Numbered from the stretch's first letter, positions 7,856 through 19,814 are shown. The stretch: 64,000 nucleotides of DNA from Epithemia pelagica (GCA_946965045.2 OX337234.1:434001-498000); one strand, 5' to 3'. Notes: generated by a model not told the origin, from the letters alone. Numbers and translations are program-made.

Positions 7856-10309
7856 TTTCATGTCCAATCCAAAGATTGTCGGTACACGGATCAGGCCATT
7901 TATTCCAATTACACGTACGTTCGTTTGGTTGTTTCTTTGGTTCCATGGGTTTGTCTATGTCGTCGGGCAAACTCTCTCTCTCTCTCTCTCGGTGTAGTAA
8001 TTGGGTTGGATCTCACTCGCTCACTTTGATCCGTCTTGTTGTTGTTGTTGCTGCTGGTCCTGACAGGTACGAAACGACCGTGGTGGATGGACCCGTCGTG
8101 CGACCGGTGCAGACGAAATTGCGGTTTCGAACGCAACGAACGGTCCCCAAGGTACGACCGAACACAAACGCAAAGAAAGCATGTCCAAGAAGGACGACGA
8201 GGGTCTCACACAACCACCCAAAACGCCCTTGTCATTTTCTTGTTGTTGTTGTTGTTCTTGTTGTTGGGTTTCCTGGCGCGTTGCTTTGGTTGGTGGTTGG
8301 TTTTGTCGTTGTGCAATGGGCTGGTCCATGACACTATATATGGATGTATCAATCTATGGTATATCTACCACTGTTTTTCTCTCGAATCTATATATATACT
8401 AGATGGGTGTCATGTTGGTGGGTTTGGGTGGCAACAATGGGAGTACTTGTGTGGCAGCGGCCGTGGCCAATCGCTTGGGCTTGACGTGGGAGACCAAACA
8501 GGGGACCCAGTCGGCCAATTATTGGGGCAGTTTGTTGTTGGCCAGTACGGTCAAATTGGGTCATGCCGCCGCCACCGGAGAGGCCGTCTATACGCCCTTG
8601 CAATCCTTGTTGCCCCTTGGACATCCCAATGATATCGTGTGGGGTGGCTGGGATATCAATGGGGCCAACTTGGCCGAGGCCATGAAACGGGCCCAAGTCT
8701 TGGAAGTGGACTTGCAACGACAATTGGAACCGTACTTGCGCGAGATTGTGCCGCTACCATCGATTTACCATGCCGATTTTATTGCCGCCAATCAACAAGA
8801 ACGGGCCAACAATGTGTTGCCACCGGACATGACCAAATGGGCCCAAGTCCAACACATTCGACGCGACATTGCCCAGTTCAAGGCCCAGCACGACTTGGAT
8901 CATGTCACGGTCGTGTGGACGGCCAATACCGAACGCTTTTGTGAAATTCAACCGGGTGTTCATGATACCGCCGATCACTTGTTGCAAGCCTTGGAACAAG
9001 GCAACGATACGGAAGTGAGTCCGTCCACCTTGTTTGCCATTGCCTCCATTTTGGAACAGGCCCCCTTTGTCAATGGGTCGCCCCAAAATACCTTGGTTCC
9101 CGGCGTCGTTCAATTGGCCGAACGACATGGCGTCTTGATTGGCGGCGACGATTTCAAATCGAAACAAACCAAACTCAAATCGGTCTTGGTCGATTTTCTC
9201 GTGTCGGCCGGCTGCAAGCCCGTCTCCATGGTCAGTTACAATCATTTGGGCAACAATGATGGCCGCAATCTCAGTGCTCCCCATCAATTCCGATCCAAGG
9301 AAATTTCCAAATCCAATGTCGTGGACGATATGGTGGCCTCCAATGCCATTTTGTATCCTCACGTGAATAAAACGGAAAACAAGGACACTACTACTCCATC
9401 GGGTCATCCCGATCATGTCGTGGTCATTAAATACGTTCCCTATGTGGGAGATTCCAAACGGGCCATGGATGAATATACGTCAGAAATTTTCATGGGTGGA
9501 ACCAATACCCTCGTCATTCACAATACCTGTCAAGATTCTCTCTTGGCCACACCCTTGATTTATGATTTGATTCTCTTGACGGAATTGTGTTCCCGGATTC
9601 AAGTCCAAAAAGTGGACGAACAGGACGATTCCACCTTGGACTCGGTCGTGGACAATGACAATGACAAGAATACCACTGCTTGGGAACCCTTTCATCCCGT
9701 CTTGTCCCTCTTGTCCTACATGCTCAAGGCACCCATGGTTCCACCGGGTGCACCCGTCGTCAATGCCTTGTTTCCGCAACGAGAGGCCATTACCAATGTC
9801 CTCAAGGCCTGTCTGGGATTGCCACCCGAAAATTACATGACCTTGCAACACAAATTTGCCTCCTCCCTCCAACAGCAACACGACGAAACCATGCGGCGAC
9901 GACAACAACAAGAAGAAGAGCAAGAAAAACAGACTAGTACCAATGGCGTCTCGCATACCACCACCAATGGCGTCATGCCTACCAGCAATGGACACGCCAC
10001 AAGGAATGGCACTGGCTACGAACTCACTAGACAAGAACTGTTGGATGTATCCGTTTATTTCCTTTTTTTGTGTCTGTTTATTTTTGGCCCAATCTATTAC
10101 TTACATGTTTGACACCCACAATTCTAGTTTCACCAGCACACCTTCGGTTCCGTTTGGGTCCACACACGTTATACAAAGTGTGGAGACCAACGGGTTCCTC
10201 CCATACCTTTCACGCAATTCCCATTCCGCTATAGTATACCGACCACACAACTGCCATTACTGTGTGATTACACACGTCCCTCCACCGACACACACATAGG
10301 CAAAGTGAT
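7856..10309 (+). CDS. INO1: Myo-inositol-3-phosphate synthase, multi-exon; start codon unresolved
   Basis: Exons ~7856-7914 ([20 protein letters not shown]), 8067-8151 (YETTVV...RTVPK) and 8403-10046 ([67 protein letters not shown]), joined in frame by GT-AG introns 7915-8066 and 8152-8402. A last exon at 10301-10309 is tentative. Confidence 0.93.
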
Positions 10310-11020
10310 GACACGATTCTCTCCTGGAACGACTACAGGATCTCCATGGCTGTCTCCCGCATACAACATGTGGGACAACTGTTCCGATGCAGTGTGATAT
10401 TCACCAGGAGGAGACACAAATTCCCAAAAGTATAATGCACCCCAATAATCATAAAGCAGATTACCAGTCGTAGTTGTGGCGAGAATCGTAGGAATCCAAA
10501 CACGCGCCCGACTACGTACTGCTTGGAGAAGGATCACTGGTCACACAATGAACAAGCTTGTACTTTTGATGATACCATCATTCGAAAGGGAGATGCAGAT
10601 CCTTAGTCTCGCCCATTCACACTTGGCATTGCTCGTCTATACATACATGACAGAGGCAAAGGAACATACACGTTTACAGTAATATGATTTTTAACTTGAA
10701 TCGCCATTGCGTTCGGTGACGCAGCGCACAATTCACCAAACACGGAAGCGACAGAGAGTAAAAGAGCTAGTATAGCCATGCACAAACAACACCCGGGACA
10801 CCACGAGACACTGCATGCTTCACAAAACAACCAAGAGACGAATACATATGCCTGTCCACAGCAAAAGGGGCTTTCCTCGGCGGTCACCTTTCTCCTACAT
10901 ATTGAATGCCGACAGTCTTGCATTTATCCCTGGTCATTTGTTTTGTTCCACACGTGCTACACATGTCTCTTTTTTTAGCTTGGACTGTTGCTGGTATCGT
11001 ATTCTTGGACGTGAGACCAA

Positions 11021-13840
11021 CTACAGGACTACGCAACAACAGCCAGCATTTTGTTGAACAGGCAACAATGGTTCTCCTGTTTCCCGCTCGTAAATTAAGA
11101 ATTCAATCACCTCTGTGGCATAGGCGCGGGGATTCGTCCAATCCCAGTTTCGATAGTAGGTTTCATCTTGTTCGGTTAACACCGTTTCTTGATAGGTCTT
11201 GTCTTCGACAAAATTACCAATTTCGGCTTGACTGGCCGCATTGACATCCTTGGCTGGTACATAGGGAGGCCGTTTTCGATCAGAAATGATGGATTCCCAA
11301 TTGACATTGCGAAAGTAGGGATGGGCCATAATTTCTTCGCATCCACCCGTGCCCAATCGCTTGTGTTCGTCCTTTTCCAGTAAGCGCATACACAAATCTT
11401 TGGCATCCGGCTCAAAGTATTCCTTGGGAAAATCTGGTTCCATTTCCAGTGTGGCACAATCAATTGCTTTTTCCTTGGTTTGTTTGCCCTTGGACAAGCC
11501 AAAGTTGAGAGCGGCTTCGGATCGGAACGGATTGGCCCCGCAAATGAATTCGGTTACACAGCAACCAAAACTGAACCAATCGACCGTGTGTCCATAGGGC
11601 ATGCGTTTGCCACGCTTGTCGCGACGCAACATTTCCGGGGCCCAATACCCACGGGTACCCGCGGCGCCGTGCAAGGTGGGAGTAATTTTGGTGGCCAAGC
11701 CCAAATCCGTGATTTTGACTCGGCCGTCATCGGCCATGAGACAATTCTCTGGCTTCAAATCGCGGTAGACATAGCCTTGATCATGCAAGGCTTGCAATCC
11801 CAACATGATGCGGGCTGCGTAATATTGGACTTCTCGTTTGGGGAAGCGACCCTTTTGGTGCAAATGGAAACCCAAATCACCACCCGTCATGAGATCCAAT
11901 ATCAGATAGACGTCGTCCTTGCTATGAAACGAGTATTTGAGATTCACCACAAAGTTGCTTTCCACAGCAGCCAAGGCAGATCGTTCATTTACTGCCAGTG
12001 TTTCTGATTTCTTCATTTTGATCCGTCTCTTGTTCATGACCTTCATTGCATAGAGTTTTCCGGATGTACCCTTCTTGCACGCTACGAAAAAAGGAACAGG
12101 TGAGAACCAGTTGGATGCCGTTGTCAACATGTGTGTGTGTGTGGCTTGTGACGGTTCCTGCCACCCCACATTGGACGACAGTCTCACAGCAAAAAGCGCA
12201 ACGACAGACACACACACTAGCACTACTAGAGACATGTACGTACCATTGACCAACCCAAAGCCTCCTCGTCCCAAGACTCGCATGATATAAAAATCTTCCG
12301 GTACAACGGGTCGATCCTGATACCACATGAATTGTTTGGCCTTGAGAAATTCTTGCGATTCCAAAAACAAGTGCCAATAATCGCGTCGAAGCGATTCCAT
12401 CACGACTGTTTCCGCCTTGTCAAAGAGGCCATCGTAGACGGCTTCTTTTTGCGATTGCAAAAATCGATGTTTCAACAATCGCATACTCATGGTGGCCTCT
12501 CCAAATTCTTCCACCGACAATCCCGAAACACTCCGTTCGCCCATGAGAGCCGGTGGCGGTGCCTTGCGCGGTGTGTGGGAGGAGGAGCCCATCGATGCCG
12601 TGTCGGTTGTCGTATTAGTGGGGGCAGCAGGAGCCGGAGGACTGTTACTTGTTGGTTGGGATTGGGGAGGTTGTCCATGATTGGACGATTGAAAGGATAA
12701 GGACGAGGACGCTGCCGTATCGGCATCCTTGACAGCCTTGGCTTCGGCGGATTCCTCCGGTTTGGTGGCATCCGTATTAGGGTCAAGTGTTTCCACTTGT
12801 GGTTGTTGTTGCTGTTGTGGTGGTGGTTGAGGTTGGTTCCATCCAGATATCGTCGGATTGGCGGTGGGGACTGTGGCATCGGTGGAAGCCGATGCCGATC
12901 CATCGGCCGTCGTTTCCTCCGTAGTATTCGGTGGTTCCACGGACGACGATCGTCCTCCTCCGGTACTGCCACCACTGCTACGTCGCGTCGATCGTGGTTT
13001 GGACGACGACAGTGTCGTTGTATTCGTAGTCGTAAAGTCACCACTGGCGGTACTACTGGCCGACGCTCGTCGTCCATTGGATCCATGGTGTGATGGTGGG
13101 TGTGCCTGTCGTGATTTGGCGGCGGCCACGGCGGCTTCTTCCTTTTCCTTTTCTTCCCATTCTCTCCAATCGTCAATCAAATCGTCCAAAATGGCATCGC
13201 GAATGCCAATCAAGGATTGACTGCATTTGGGATAATCGCAATAAATTCGAAAGGACGCATCTTCTTTTAAATAGGCATGGGTCGATTGGCGATCGTTCAC
13301 GATTCGTTCCAAATCGCATTCGTCAATTTCCGTCCGCGGTGGCAATTGCGTCGTGCCCACGGCCCACGCCGCCGCACCCGCTGCCGATTCCGCCACCAAA
13401 TTGCCATTGTTCGTGGCATCTTTGGGGGCGGTCGTCGTTGGATTCGTACTCGTCGTAGCAGCCGGTGTTACGGTTGCTCCGGCGGCGGGCGGTGGACTGG
13501 GTTTGACCAAAATGTAGTGTTCCAAAATGGCTTGGGCTTGTTTGCGTCGCGATCGGCCGCGCAATTTTTTGAATCGCAACACATCTTCGCAAAAATTGAG
13601 ACGCACATAATCGTCGTGATGTTGTTTGATAAAACTGGAAAACAAAAAGACACAAATGGCCGATTGTTCCAAAAAGGAATCCAAATTGCCCAAACTACGG
13701 GCCTTGGTTTTGGACCATTCCACCAACAATTCATCCGACGACGGTGTCTCCCAGGGCAAGACGGGTTTGGGTCCATCGTCTTGCGTATTGATCGCATTCA
13801 CGTATTGGGCGTCTTCAATGGCATCCTGTAATTCCTCCAT
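11021..13840 (-). CDS. G-protein-coupled receptor kinase (GRK)-like AGC kinase with RGS-homology region and C-terminal CaaX (CVVL)
   Basis: GRK-type N-terminal helix (MEELQDAIEDAQYVNA), RGS-like segments, kinase motifs LGRGGFG, YAMK, YRDLKPEN, ITDLGLA, GTRGYWAPE, and AGC tail. One in-frame 162-nt GT-AG intron (12082-12243) is read through in the ORF track. Confidence 0.88.
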   Translation of the reverse strand: MEELQDAIEDAQYVNAINTQDDGPKPVLPWETPSSDELLVEWSKTKARSLGNLDSFLEQSAICVFLFSSFIKQHHDDYVRLNFCEDVLRFKKLRGRSRRKQAQAILEHYILVKPSPPPAAGATVTPAATTSTNPTTTAPKDATNNGNLVAESAAGAAAWAVGTTQLPPRTEIDECDLERIVNDRQSTHAYLKEDASFRIYCDYPKCSQSLIGIRDAILDDLIDDWREWEEKEKEEAAVAAAKSRQAHPPSHHGSNGRRASASSTASGDFTTTNTTTLSSSKPRSTRRSSGGSTGGGRSSSVEPPNTTEETTADGSASASTDATVPTANPTISGWNQPQPPPQQQQQPQVETLDPNTDATKPEESAEAKAVKDADTAASSSLSFQSSNHGQPPQSQPTSNSPPAPAAPTNTTTDTASMGSSSHTPRKAPPPALMGERSVSGLSVEEFGEATMSMRLLKHRFLQSQKEAVYDGLFDKAETVVMESLRRDYWHLFLESQEFLKAKQFMWYQDRPVVPEDFYIMRVLGRGGFGLVNGTYMSLVVLVCVSVVALFAVRLSSNVGWQEPSQATHTHMLTTASNWFSPVPFFVACKKGTSGKLYAMKVMNKRRIKMKKSETLAVNERSALAAVESNFVVNLKYSFHSKDDVYLILDLMTGGDLGFHLHQKGRFPKREVQYYAARIMLGLQALHDQGYVYRDLKPENCLMADDGRVKITDLGLATKITPTLHGAAGTRGYWAPEMLRRDKRGKRMPYGHTVDWFSFGCCVTEFICGANPFRSEAALNFGLSKGKQTKEKAIDCATLEMEPDFPKEYFEPDAKDLCMRLLEKDEHKRLGTGGCEEIMAHPYFRNVNWESIISDRKRPPYVPAKDVNAASQAEIGNFVEDKTYQETVLTEQDETYYRNWDWTNPRAYATEVIEFLIYERETGEPLLPVQQNAGCCCVVL

Positions 13841-15440
13841 GATGAAGAATCCGCCGGTAGTCTCTGTATATCGTGCTTGGTTCTAGCAGCACGATTGTGG
13901 TGGCTGTGGTTGTTGTTTCGTCAATAATAATTCTTTGGATTATATCCTCGACAACAGGAACGGTTCTCACCTCCAAACGGTCAACGAACCAAAAGAGACG
14001 AATGGATGCCTTTTTCGTTTGGATCTCTCTACAGAAAATATATAGCAGCAGTCACCCAAACAATCGCTCCACAGGGGTATTCTTCGAGACCACAGGTGTT
14101 GTTGTTGTTGTTGTTGGGAGTAACACTTTTGATTGGAGGAGAGTGGCCCCGAGATCCACTGCAAATTGCAACTAGAACCACCACCACGAAACGATTGGAA
14201 TCAAAATCGCTCTCTCTCTGTAGAATGTATAGTTTTGATGGTAGAACGAGAGATAGTTGCAGCCACACACCAAAAGAGAGAAAACGCTGCCACTATCTCT
14301 ACTACTGGGTCTCGAGTCCACACACACACAACCCAACAGAGGAGAGACGACAAGGAGACAGAGAAGATGGTGCTGTTGTTGCGCCCAACGACAGCCCCAA
14401 GAAAAGGGTCGCGAACAACCCTCACAAGAGAAAGCATCGTTGTGGGTGGTGGGTGGTGGCAGTGCTGAGACGCTAGCTACAGTTAGCAGCTAGCAATGGA
14501 AGGAATATTCATTCATACTCACAAGATACGCCCAACGATGTCTTGGATGTGGGACGATGGATTGTGATTGAACTTTGCTAATAAAACTAATACCTATCAT
14601 ATACAGTTTTGAGAGACATAACTAAATTACTTGTTGTTTAGACAGTATCGCTAGTAGAGAGTATCCTCTTTGTCACTACCCATCTGACCCTCGATAAAAC
14701 GTTGTCCGGGCGTTGGGTGGCGATGCTGAATTGACAAACGTTGAGCTTGGAGGTTGAGGCATTCGGCCAGGGCAATTTCGATAACAAACACTCCTTTCCG
14801 AATTTCTTGGATCTTCGATCATCCTTTTCACAGGGCAATTGTGGATGGTGAACCTTTCTATGCAGTCTTTGACTTCAAGGTACCCCCAAAACTGCACAGA
14901 CGACTTCCCCTCGGTCGGAATGGATATTTTCATTAGATGTTTTTTGTCCAATGGAAATACTGTCGCTGAGATTTACCCCCCCCAGATTTACCAATGGTTC
15001 TCAAATTAAAACGAGGGGCGAGTATTGAAATTGAGTCCGGCCCCGCCCCCAAAGCACCTTCACAAAGTCCGCCAAAAGCTATGCCTCTAGCTCTAGAGAG
15101 AACATAGTCTCGAGGTAGTCCTCGTTAACACTCTCCAGAAGTTCACTGTGATTTTCGTTTTGGTATATCGATTCCATAATTCCTTACGAGCGCTGGAGCG
15201 CAATCATTTTCGTGACACCATCGCTGACGAATGTGGTCCCATCCGATGTGTCTCTTGTGATTGTGTTTTGGACCTGGACAATCGAATCAATTTGACGAAT
15301 AGAGAGAGAGAAGACACGAGAAAGAAAATAACAACAAGAAGCAGAGCCAAGAGGAGAAAGAGATCCGAACACAAGAAGGCAAGGATCATCATCCTATCTA
15401 TATTTTACGCTCGCTACACACTTGGTTGGCGTCTTGTTCC

Positions 15441-18035
15441 ATGACGACGACCACAACAACCACAACCACAAGAACTGCCGCCCCCGCCAAACCACCACCA
15501 CGAACCGTTCCAAGAAGGACACCCGTTTCAGAAGTCTATTATTATAGGTATTGGTGGGTCGTTGGTTTGGGCATTCTTACGCTCTGGTATTCTTCTTCTT
15601 CTTCCAACAACCAAGGTGTCGTCACTGCCTTTGACCTGGCTGTGGTGGTTCCACCATCCTTCTCCTCACGAACGACGACGACGACAAGAAGGAATCCTAC
15701 TACAAGACTCCGCACACAATTCACGAGCACCACCCCCAGCAGAATGGCCATGACCGATGCCACTACGAGCACAACAACTACCGATTCGACACCATCACCC
15801 ACAACGACGAATGATCCTCAGGAGTATCCCAATTGGCGTCTCGTGACGGTGGACGATTTGAAACAGGCCCAAGCGACCGACACCTTGTCCACCTTGCTGG
15901 GTCCCAGTCCAGCCACGTGGAATCCCACGGTCGCCCGTCAATCCCGGGACTGGTATCAACACTTGGTGCGTCTCGAACATGACACGAACGGCCACAAGAA
16001 CGACAACAATTCACTGCAGGCACCGGTCCAGGCGGCCTTGGACATTTTGCACAATGCCCATCGCATGTATCAAGGCGGTGCGCAAGTCTTTTGTAGTTTT
16101 AATGGGGGCAAGGATGCCTGTGTGGTCTTGGAATTGATGCGGGCCGCCCATGCCCACTACTATTCTTCTTTTCCTGGCGACCATAACGACAACCAGAAGG
16201 ACTCGACGATTCCACGCCCCCGCGCCGTCTTTTGGGACAAGGAGGGTGAATTTCCCGCCGTCCTCGACTTTGTCCAAACGGTCGTTCAAGACTATGATTT
16301 GGACATGATTGTCTTTGGACCGGGCATTTCCTTTGTGCAAGGATTGCAATGGTTGGTGGGCGTGGGTGGTTCCAACAACAATCCCAACAACGACAACGAC
16401 AATCACAACAATGTCGTGATTCCCTTGGCCTTTGTCTTGGGCACACGGACGGGTGATCCCAATGCGCACGGACAAGGATCGTGGGAACCCAGTTCGGCCT
16501 CGTACATGCCACCCTTTTTACGGGTCAATCCCCTCCTGCATACCGGCTGGGACTATGGGACCGTCTGGGACTTTTTGTTGCATCCCGTTCCAAACGACCA
16601 TGACGACTACAAGGACGAACCAAAACAAGAACCACCACCACCACCAACCCACTTGCCCATTTGTCGCTTGTACCAACAGGGATATACCAGTTTGGGGACC
16701 ATTCATGATACCCTGCCCAATCCGGCCCTGTTGAAATCCTCCGAAACCACCACGGACAACAACGACAACGACCACTCGTATTGGCCCGCCTGGAACTTGA
16801 CGGATTACAGTCTGGAACGTGCCGGACGGGCCTCGGCCTCCAAACCCAACGACACCAAGAACCAGGCCAACACGACCCAGTCGTCGTCGTCCCCACGAAA
16901 CGTGGTGAGTCCTCCCAAGACCTTGTCGTCGACCGTTTCCAATGTCTCCATGACGTCCACGTGGTCCACCGTGCCCAATACTACTACTAATACCAAAACA
17001 AGAACCGTAGCCGCCACGAATCCCACCAACGACAATCACCACAAGGAGACGGATGTGACATCGATTGCCTTGGTGGTGATTGGGGATGAAATTCTCAAGG
17101 GTTATACGGTCGATACCAATTCCCAAGTCACAGCCGCCACACTCCGAACCTACGAGACGGTCGCCTTGCATCGTGTTTCCGTCATTTCCGATGACGAACC
17201 CGTCATTCGCAGTGAACTGGAACGCTTGTTGCAGGATCCGTCCGTCGACTACATTGTCACCTCGGGAGGCATTGGTCCCACCCACGACGATGTCACTCTC
17301 AAGAGTGTAGCGTCCGCCTTGGGCTGTGAGTTGGAATGGAATGTCGAAATGGCACAATTCTTGTGGGATCAAATGGGCTCGTCGTCGTCGTCATTGTCGT
17401 CAACCGATCGACCGGCTCTGGTCGATCGGTCCCAAATGTCCCTGGCCCAACTCAAAATGGCCACCTTGCCCCAGAATGCTCAATTGCGGTATTTGCCCAT
17501 GCCTCTCACGAATGACGACAATGACAAGGACAAGCCTCCACCCAAGATTTGGCCCATTTTACAATGTCGTAACATTTTTATTTTACCCGGCATTCCCGAC
17601 TATTTTGAACCCAAACTGAAGCAAGTCTTGTATTCCTTGGCGTATCCATCCCCAACGACAACCACCACAACCAAGCGTCCTCCCCGCTCGTCCAGTTTCA
17701 AAGTCTTGCTATCGCAAGAAGAAACGACGATTGTGTCGCAATTGAATCAAGTGGTAGAACGACACGAAGATCAAGGTGTCGTGTTTGGAAGTTATCCCTT
17801 TGTCAATCAAACCGATTACAAAACCGTCATAACCATTGAAGGCAAACGAGGGATCACCACGACCAGTTCCACCTCCACAACAACCAGTACAACTACAACG
17901 ACCACCAGCATGGACGAACGGGTCCAACGAGCCTTGGAAGATTTGATTGCCTCCTTGCCCGACAATGCGGTCGTACGAGTCGATGCCGACGATTTGCGCT
18001 TGTCGTCGTCCTCCTCCTCCTCGTCCAACGAATAG
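15441..18035 (+). CDS. FAD synthase (PAPS-reductase-type domain + molybdopterin-binding/CinA-like domain), probable plastid presequence
   Basis: SFNGGKDAC PP-loop, RVNPLL..W.Y..VWDFL, LYQQGYTSLG; C-terminal VIGDEILKG..VDTNS, SGGIGPTHDDVT, ILPGIP. Hydrophobic leader ending VVTAF. Start placed at ATG 15441. Confidence 0.88.
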   Translation: MTTTTTTTTTRTAAPAKPPPRTVPRRTPVSEVYYYRYWWVVGLGILTLWYSSSSSNNQGVVTAFDLAVVVPPSFSSRTTTTTRRNPTTRLRTQFTSTTPSRMAMTDATTSTTTTDSTPSPTTTNDPQEYPNWRLVTVDDLKQAQATDTLSTLLGPSPATWNPTVARQSRDWYQHLVRLEHDTNGHKNDNNSLQAPVQAALDILHNAHRMYQGGAQVFCSFNGGKDACVVLELMRAAHAHYYSSFPGDHNDNQKDSTIPRPRAVFWDKEGEFPAVLDFVQTVVQDYDLDMIVFGPGISFVQGLQWLVGVGGSNNNPNNDNDNHNNVVIPLAFVLGTRTGDPNAHGQGSWEPSSASYMPPFLRVNPLLHTGWDYGTVWDFLLHPVPNDHDDYKDEPKQEPPPPPTHLPICRLYQQGYTSLGTIHDTLPNPALLKSSETTTDNNDNDHSYWPAWNLTDYSLERAGRASASKPNDTKNQANTTQSSSSPRNVVSPPKTLSSTVSNVSMTSTWSTVPNTTTNTKTRTVAATNPTNDNHHKETDVTSIALVVIGDEILKGYTVDTNSQVTAATLRTYETVALHRVSVISDDEPVIRSELERLLQDPSVDYIVTSGGIGPTHDDVTLKSVASALGCELEWNVEMAQFLWDQMGSSSSSLSSTDRPALVDRSQMSLAQLKMATLPQNAQLRYLPMPLTNDDNDKDKPPPKIWPILQCRNIFILPGIPDYFEPKLKQVLYSLAYPSPTTTTTTKRPPRSSSFKVLLSQEETTIVSQLNQVVERHEDQGVVFGSYPFVNQTDYKTVITIEGKRGITTTSSTSTTTSTTTTTTSMDERVQRALEDLIASLPDNAVVRVDADDLRLSSSSSSSSNE

Positions 18036-18530
18036 GTAGACTGAGTGCCTTGGTAGTATCGAGTCTTCTCTTCGACGACTGTATTAGTAGAAATGGTCTC
18101 GTCTACTTGAGTATTCCCTGGCAGCAAGGCACACTCCGCCCCATCAAATCTGGACAAGAAACGGGTCATTTCTCACTCTCGCCCTGCGCGCAGTTCCGAA
18201 CCGTTTTTTGATGTAGTATTGCCCCCATGTGACGTCATTCTCATTTCACGCGACTGAACTACAGTTTGATTGATAGTGACGGAGAGGCTGACGGCACTCT
18301 CGTCCACTTACGACTGACTGTTTTGCCATGGCGCAAGAAAAAAAGCAAAAAACATCAGATGAGTGATGAGTATGTATCCGTACATTCAATACGTCCATCA
18401 TTGTCTCTTGTGATGTGTGTAGAGAGCGTCCAGATCTGACTCACCACAACGAACTCTAGTGACCTTTTGATCTCCATCATTGCAGCTTCCCATTGAGCGG
18501 TCGACTATCAATCACCACCACCACCACACC

Positions 18531-19814
18531 ATGAGAGCGCACGGTGTTTTGGCAAGGACGGCCGCACTCGTCGTAGTGGCCCTGCACATGGCTCTTTCCC
18601 CCGTTGCGGGCTTTCAGTCGACCTCTTCTCCCTTGCGGGTGGCTCTTCCTTCTCGGACAGTTCCCAGGGTTTTGTCGACCACAACATCCACAACGACCAG
18701 ATCTCCGACGCAACTCACCACCGTGTCGGTTCCCGTGTGGAACAAGGAGGAGGAATCTTCTTCTTCTTTGTTTCAAACCAAATTAAAGCAGTTTGGCCGG
18801 TCCTTCCAAAAGAATCCCATTTGGCAATGGCGTGTCGTCGTGACGACTTGTTTTGCGTCCCTCTGGTTGGCCCGGTCCCACTTGGATGCGCAGCTGGTCA
18901 ACTTTTGGGATTACTTGTTGCAGTCGTCGGCCTTGCCGGCTCGTATTTTTCGCACCGATAGTTGGGAATGGTGTTGGGCCATTACCTGTTTTGGCATTTT
19001 CATTCATGCCTTTGGACTGGCCGACAAGTTGGTCCGTCGGGCCGATGCGCAAGGCCGGATTCATCCCTGGAAACAATATCGACTCCAAGATCGATACGAA
19101 GCCGACAAACGACGACGTCAACGTCAACGACAACGACGCAGCCTGCTGCCACAAGAAGGAGCATCCGTCGACAAGGACGACCAGGACGACGACGAATCGG
19201 ACGCCTTGTTACCCGTGACGCATTCCAAATGGCATTGGCAAGCCTGGATATTGGAATTTTGGGTCTATGCCGCCCCCTTGTTGGTCTGGGATATTGTGGC
19301 ACCGCGCCGACATCGTCGGATTGGAGGCTTTGGGGCCCCCACCACGGTTGGGATTGTCGGGGGCATTGCCGGTGGACTGCTCTTGTACGATATTCTCTTT
19401 TTTTGTGGGCATGTTCTCATGCACAAGATTCCCTTTTTATATCGGACCATTCATGCCAAACATCACGAATCGACCGAAGTGCGAGCCTGCGATCAAGTCC
19501 GTCTCAGCATTGCCGAAGAAGTGTTTGATGTCGGTTGTTCCATTGTGGCCCTCAATCTCTTGGGCGTCCATCCCGTGGCCCGGACCCTGTACAATATGGT
19601 GATTACCTTTTTGTTGACGGAATTGCATTGTGGCTTTGATTTTCCCTGGTCGCCCCAAAATGTCGTCCCCTTTGGATTCGTGACCGGCAGTCGACGACAT
19701 CATTATCATCATCGCAATGGCAAACATTATTATCAAAAATTCTTTTTTACCGCCGACCGACTCTTTGGACTCTTTCAAAAAAATGACGGTACGAAACCAA
19801 ACGTGCTTGGATGA
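18531..19814 (+). CDS. Fatty acid hydroxylase/sterol desaturase superfamily membrane di-iron enzyme
   Basis: Histidine boxes HVLMH, HAKHH, ELHCG, HHYHH; signal peptide ending VAGF. Start placed at ATG 18531. Confidence 0.82.
   Translation: MRAHGVLARTAALVVVALHMALSPVAGFQSTSSPLRVALPSRTVPRVLSTTTSTTTRSPTQLTTVSVPVWNKEEESSSSLFQTKLKQFGRSFQKNPIWQWRVVVTTCFASLWLARSHLDAQLVNFWDYLLQSSALPARIFRTDSWEWCWAITCFGIFIHAFGLADKLVRRADAQGRIHPWKQYRLQDRYEADKRRRQRQRQRRSLLPQEGASVDKDDQDDDESDALLPVTHSKWHWQAWILEFWVYAAPLLVWDIVAPRRHRRIGGFGAPTTVGIVGGIAGGLLLYDILFFCGHVLMHKIPFLYRTIHAKHHESTEVRACDQVRLSIAEEVFDVGCSIVALNLLGVHPVARTLYNMVITFLLTELHCGFDFPWSPQNVVPFGFVTGSRRHHYHHRNGKHYYQKFFFTADRLFGLFQKNDGTKPNVLG

Noticed and set aside
8036-8260. 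(GTT)n/(CAA)n/(ACG)n runs here and throughout the window
   Set aside because: Ordinary microsatellites and homopolymer codon runs typical of this genome.
10268-10923. Possible spliced minus-strand gene between INO1 and the GRK-like gene
   Set aside because: Joining the pieces needs an implausible 27-nt intron, and there is no recognisable domain.
14641-14964. GACAGTAT/ATACTGTC inverted pair as MITE ends
   Set aside because: Only 8 bp with no TSD; expected by chance.
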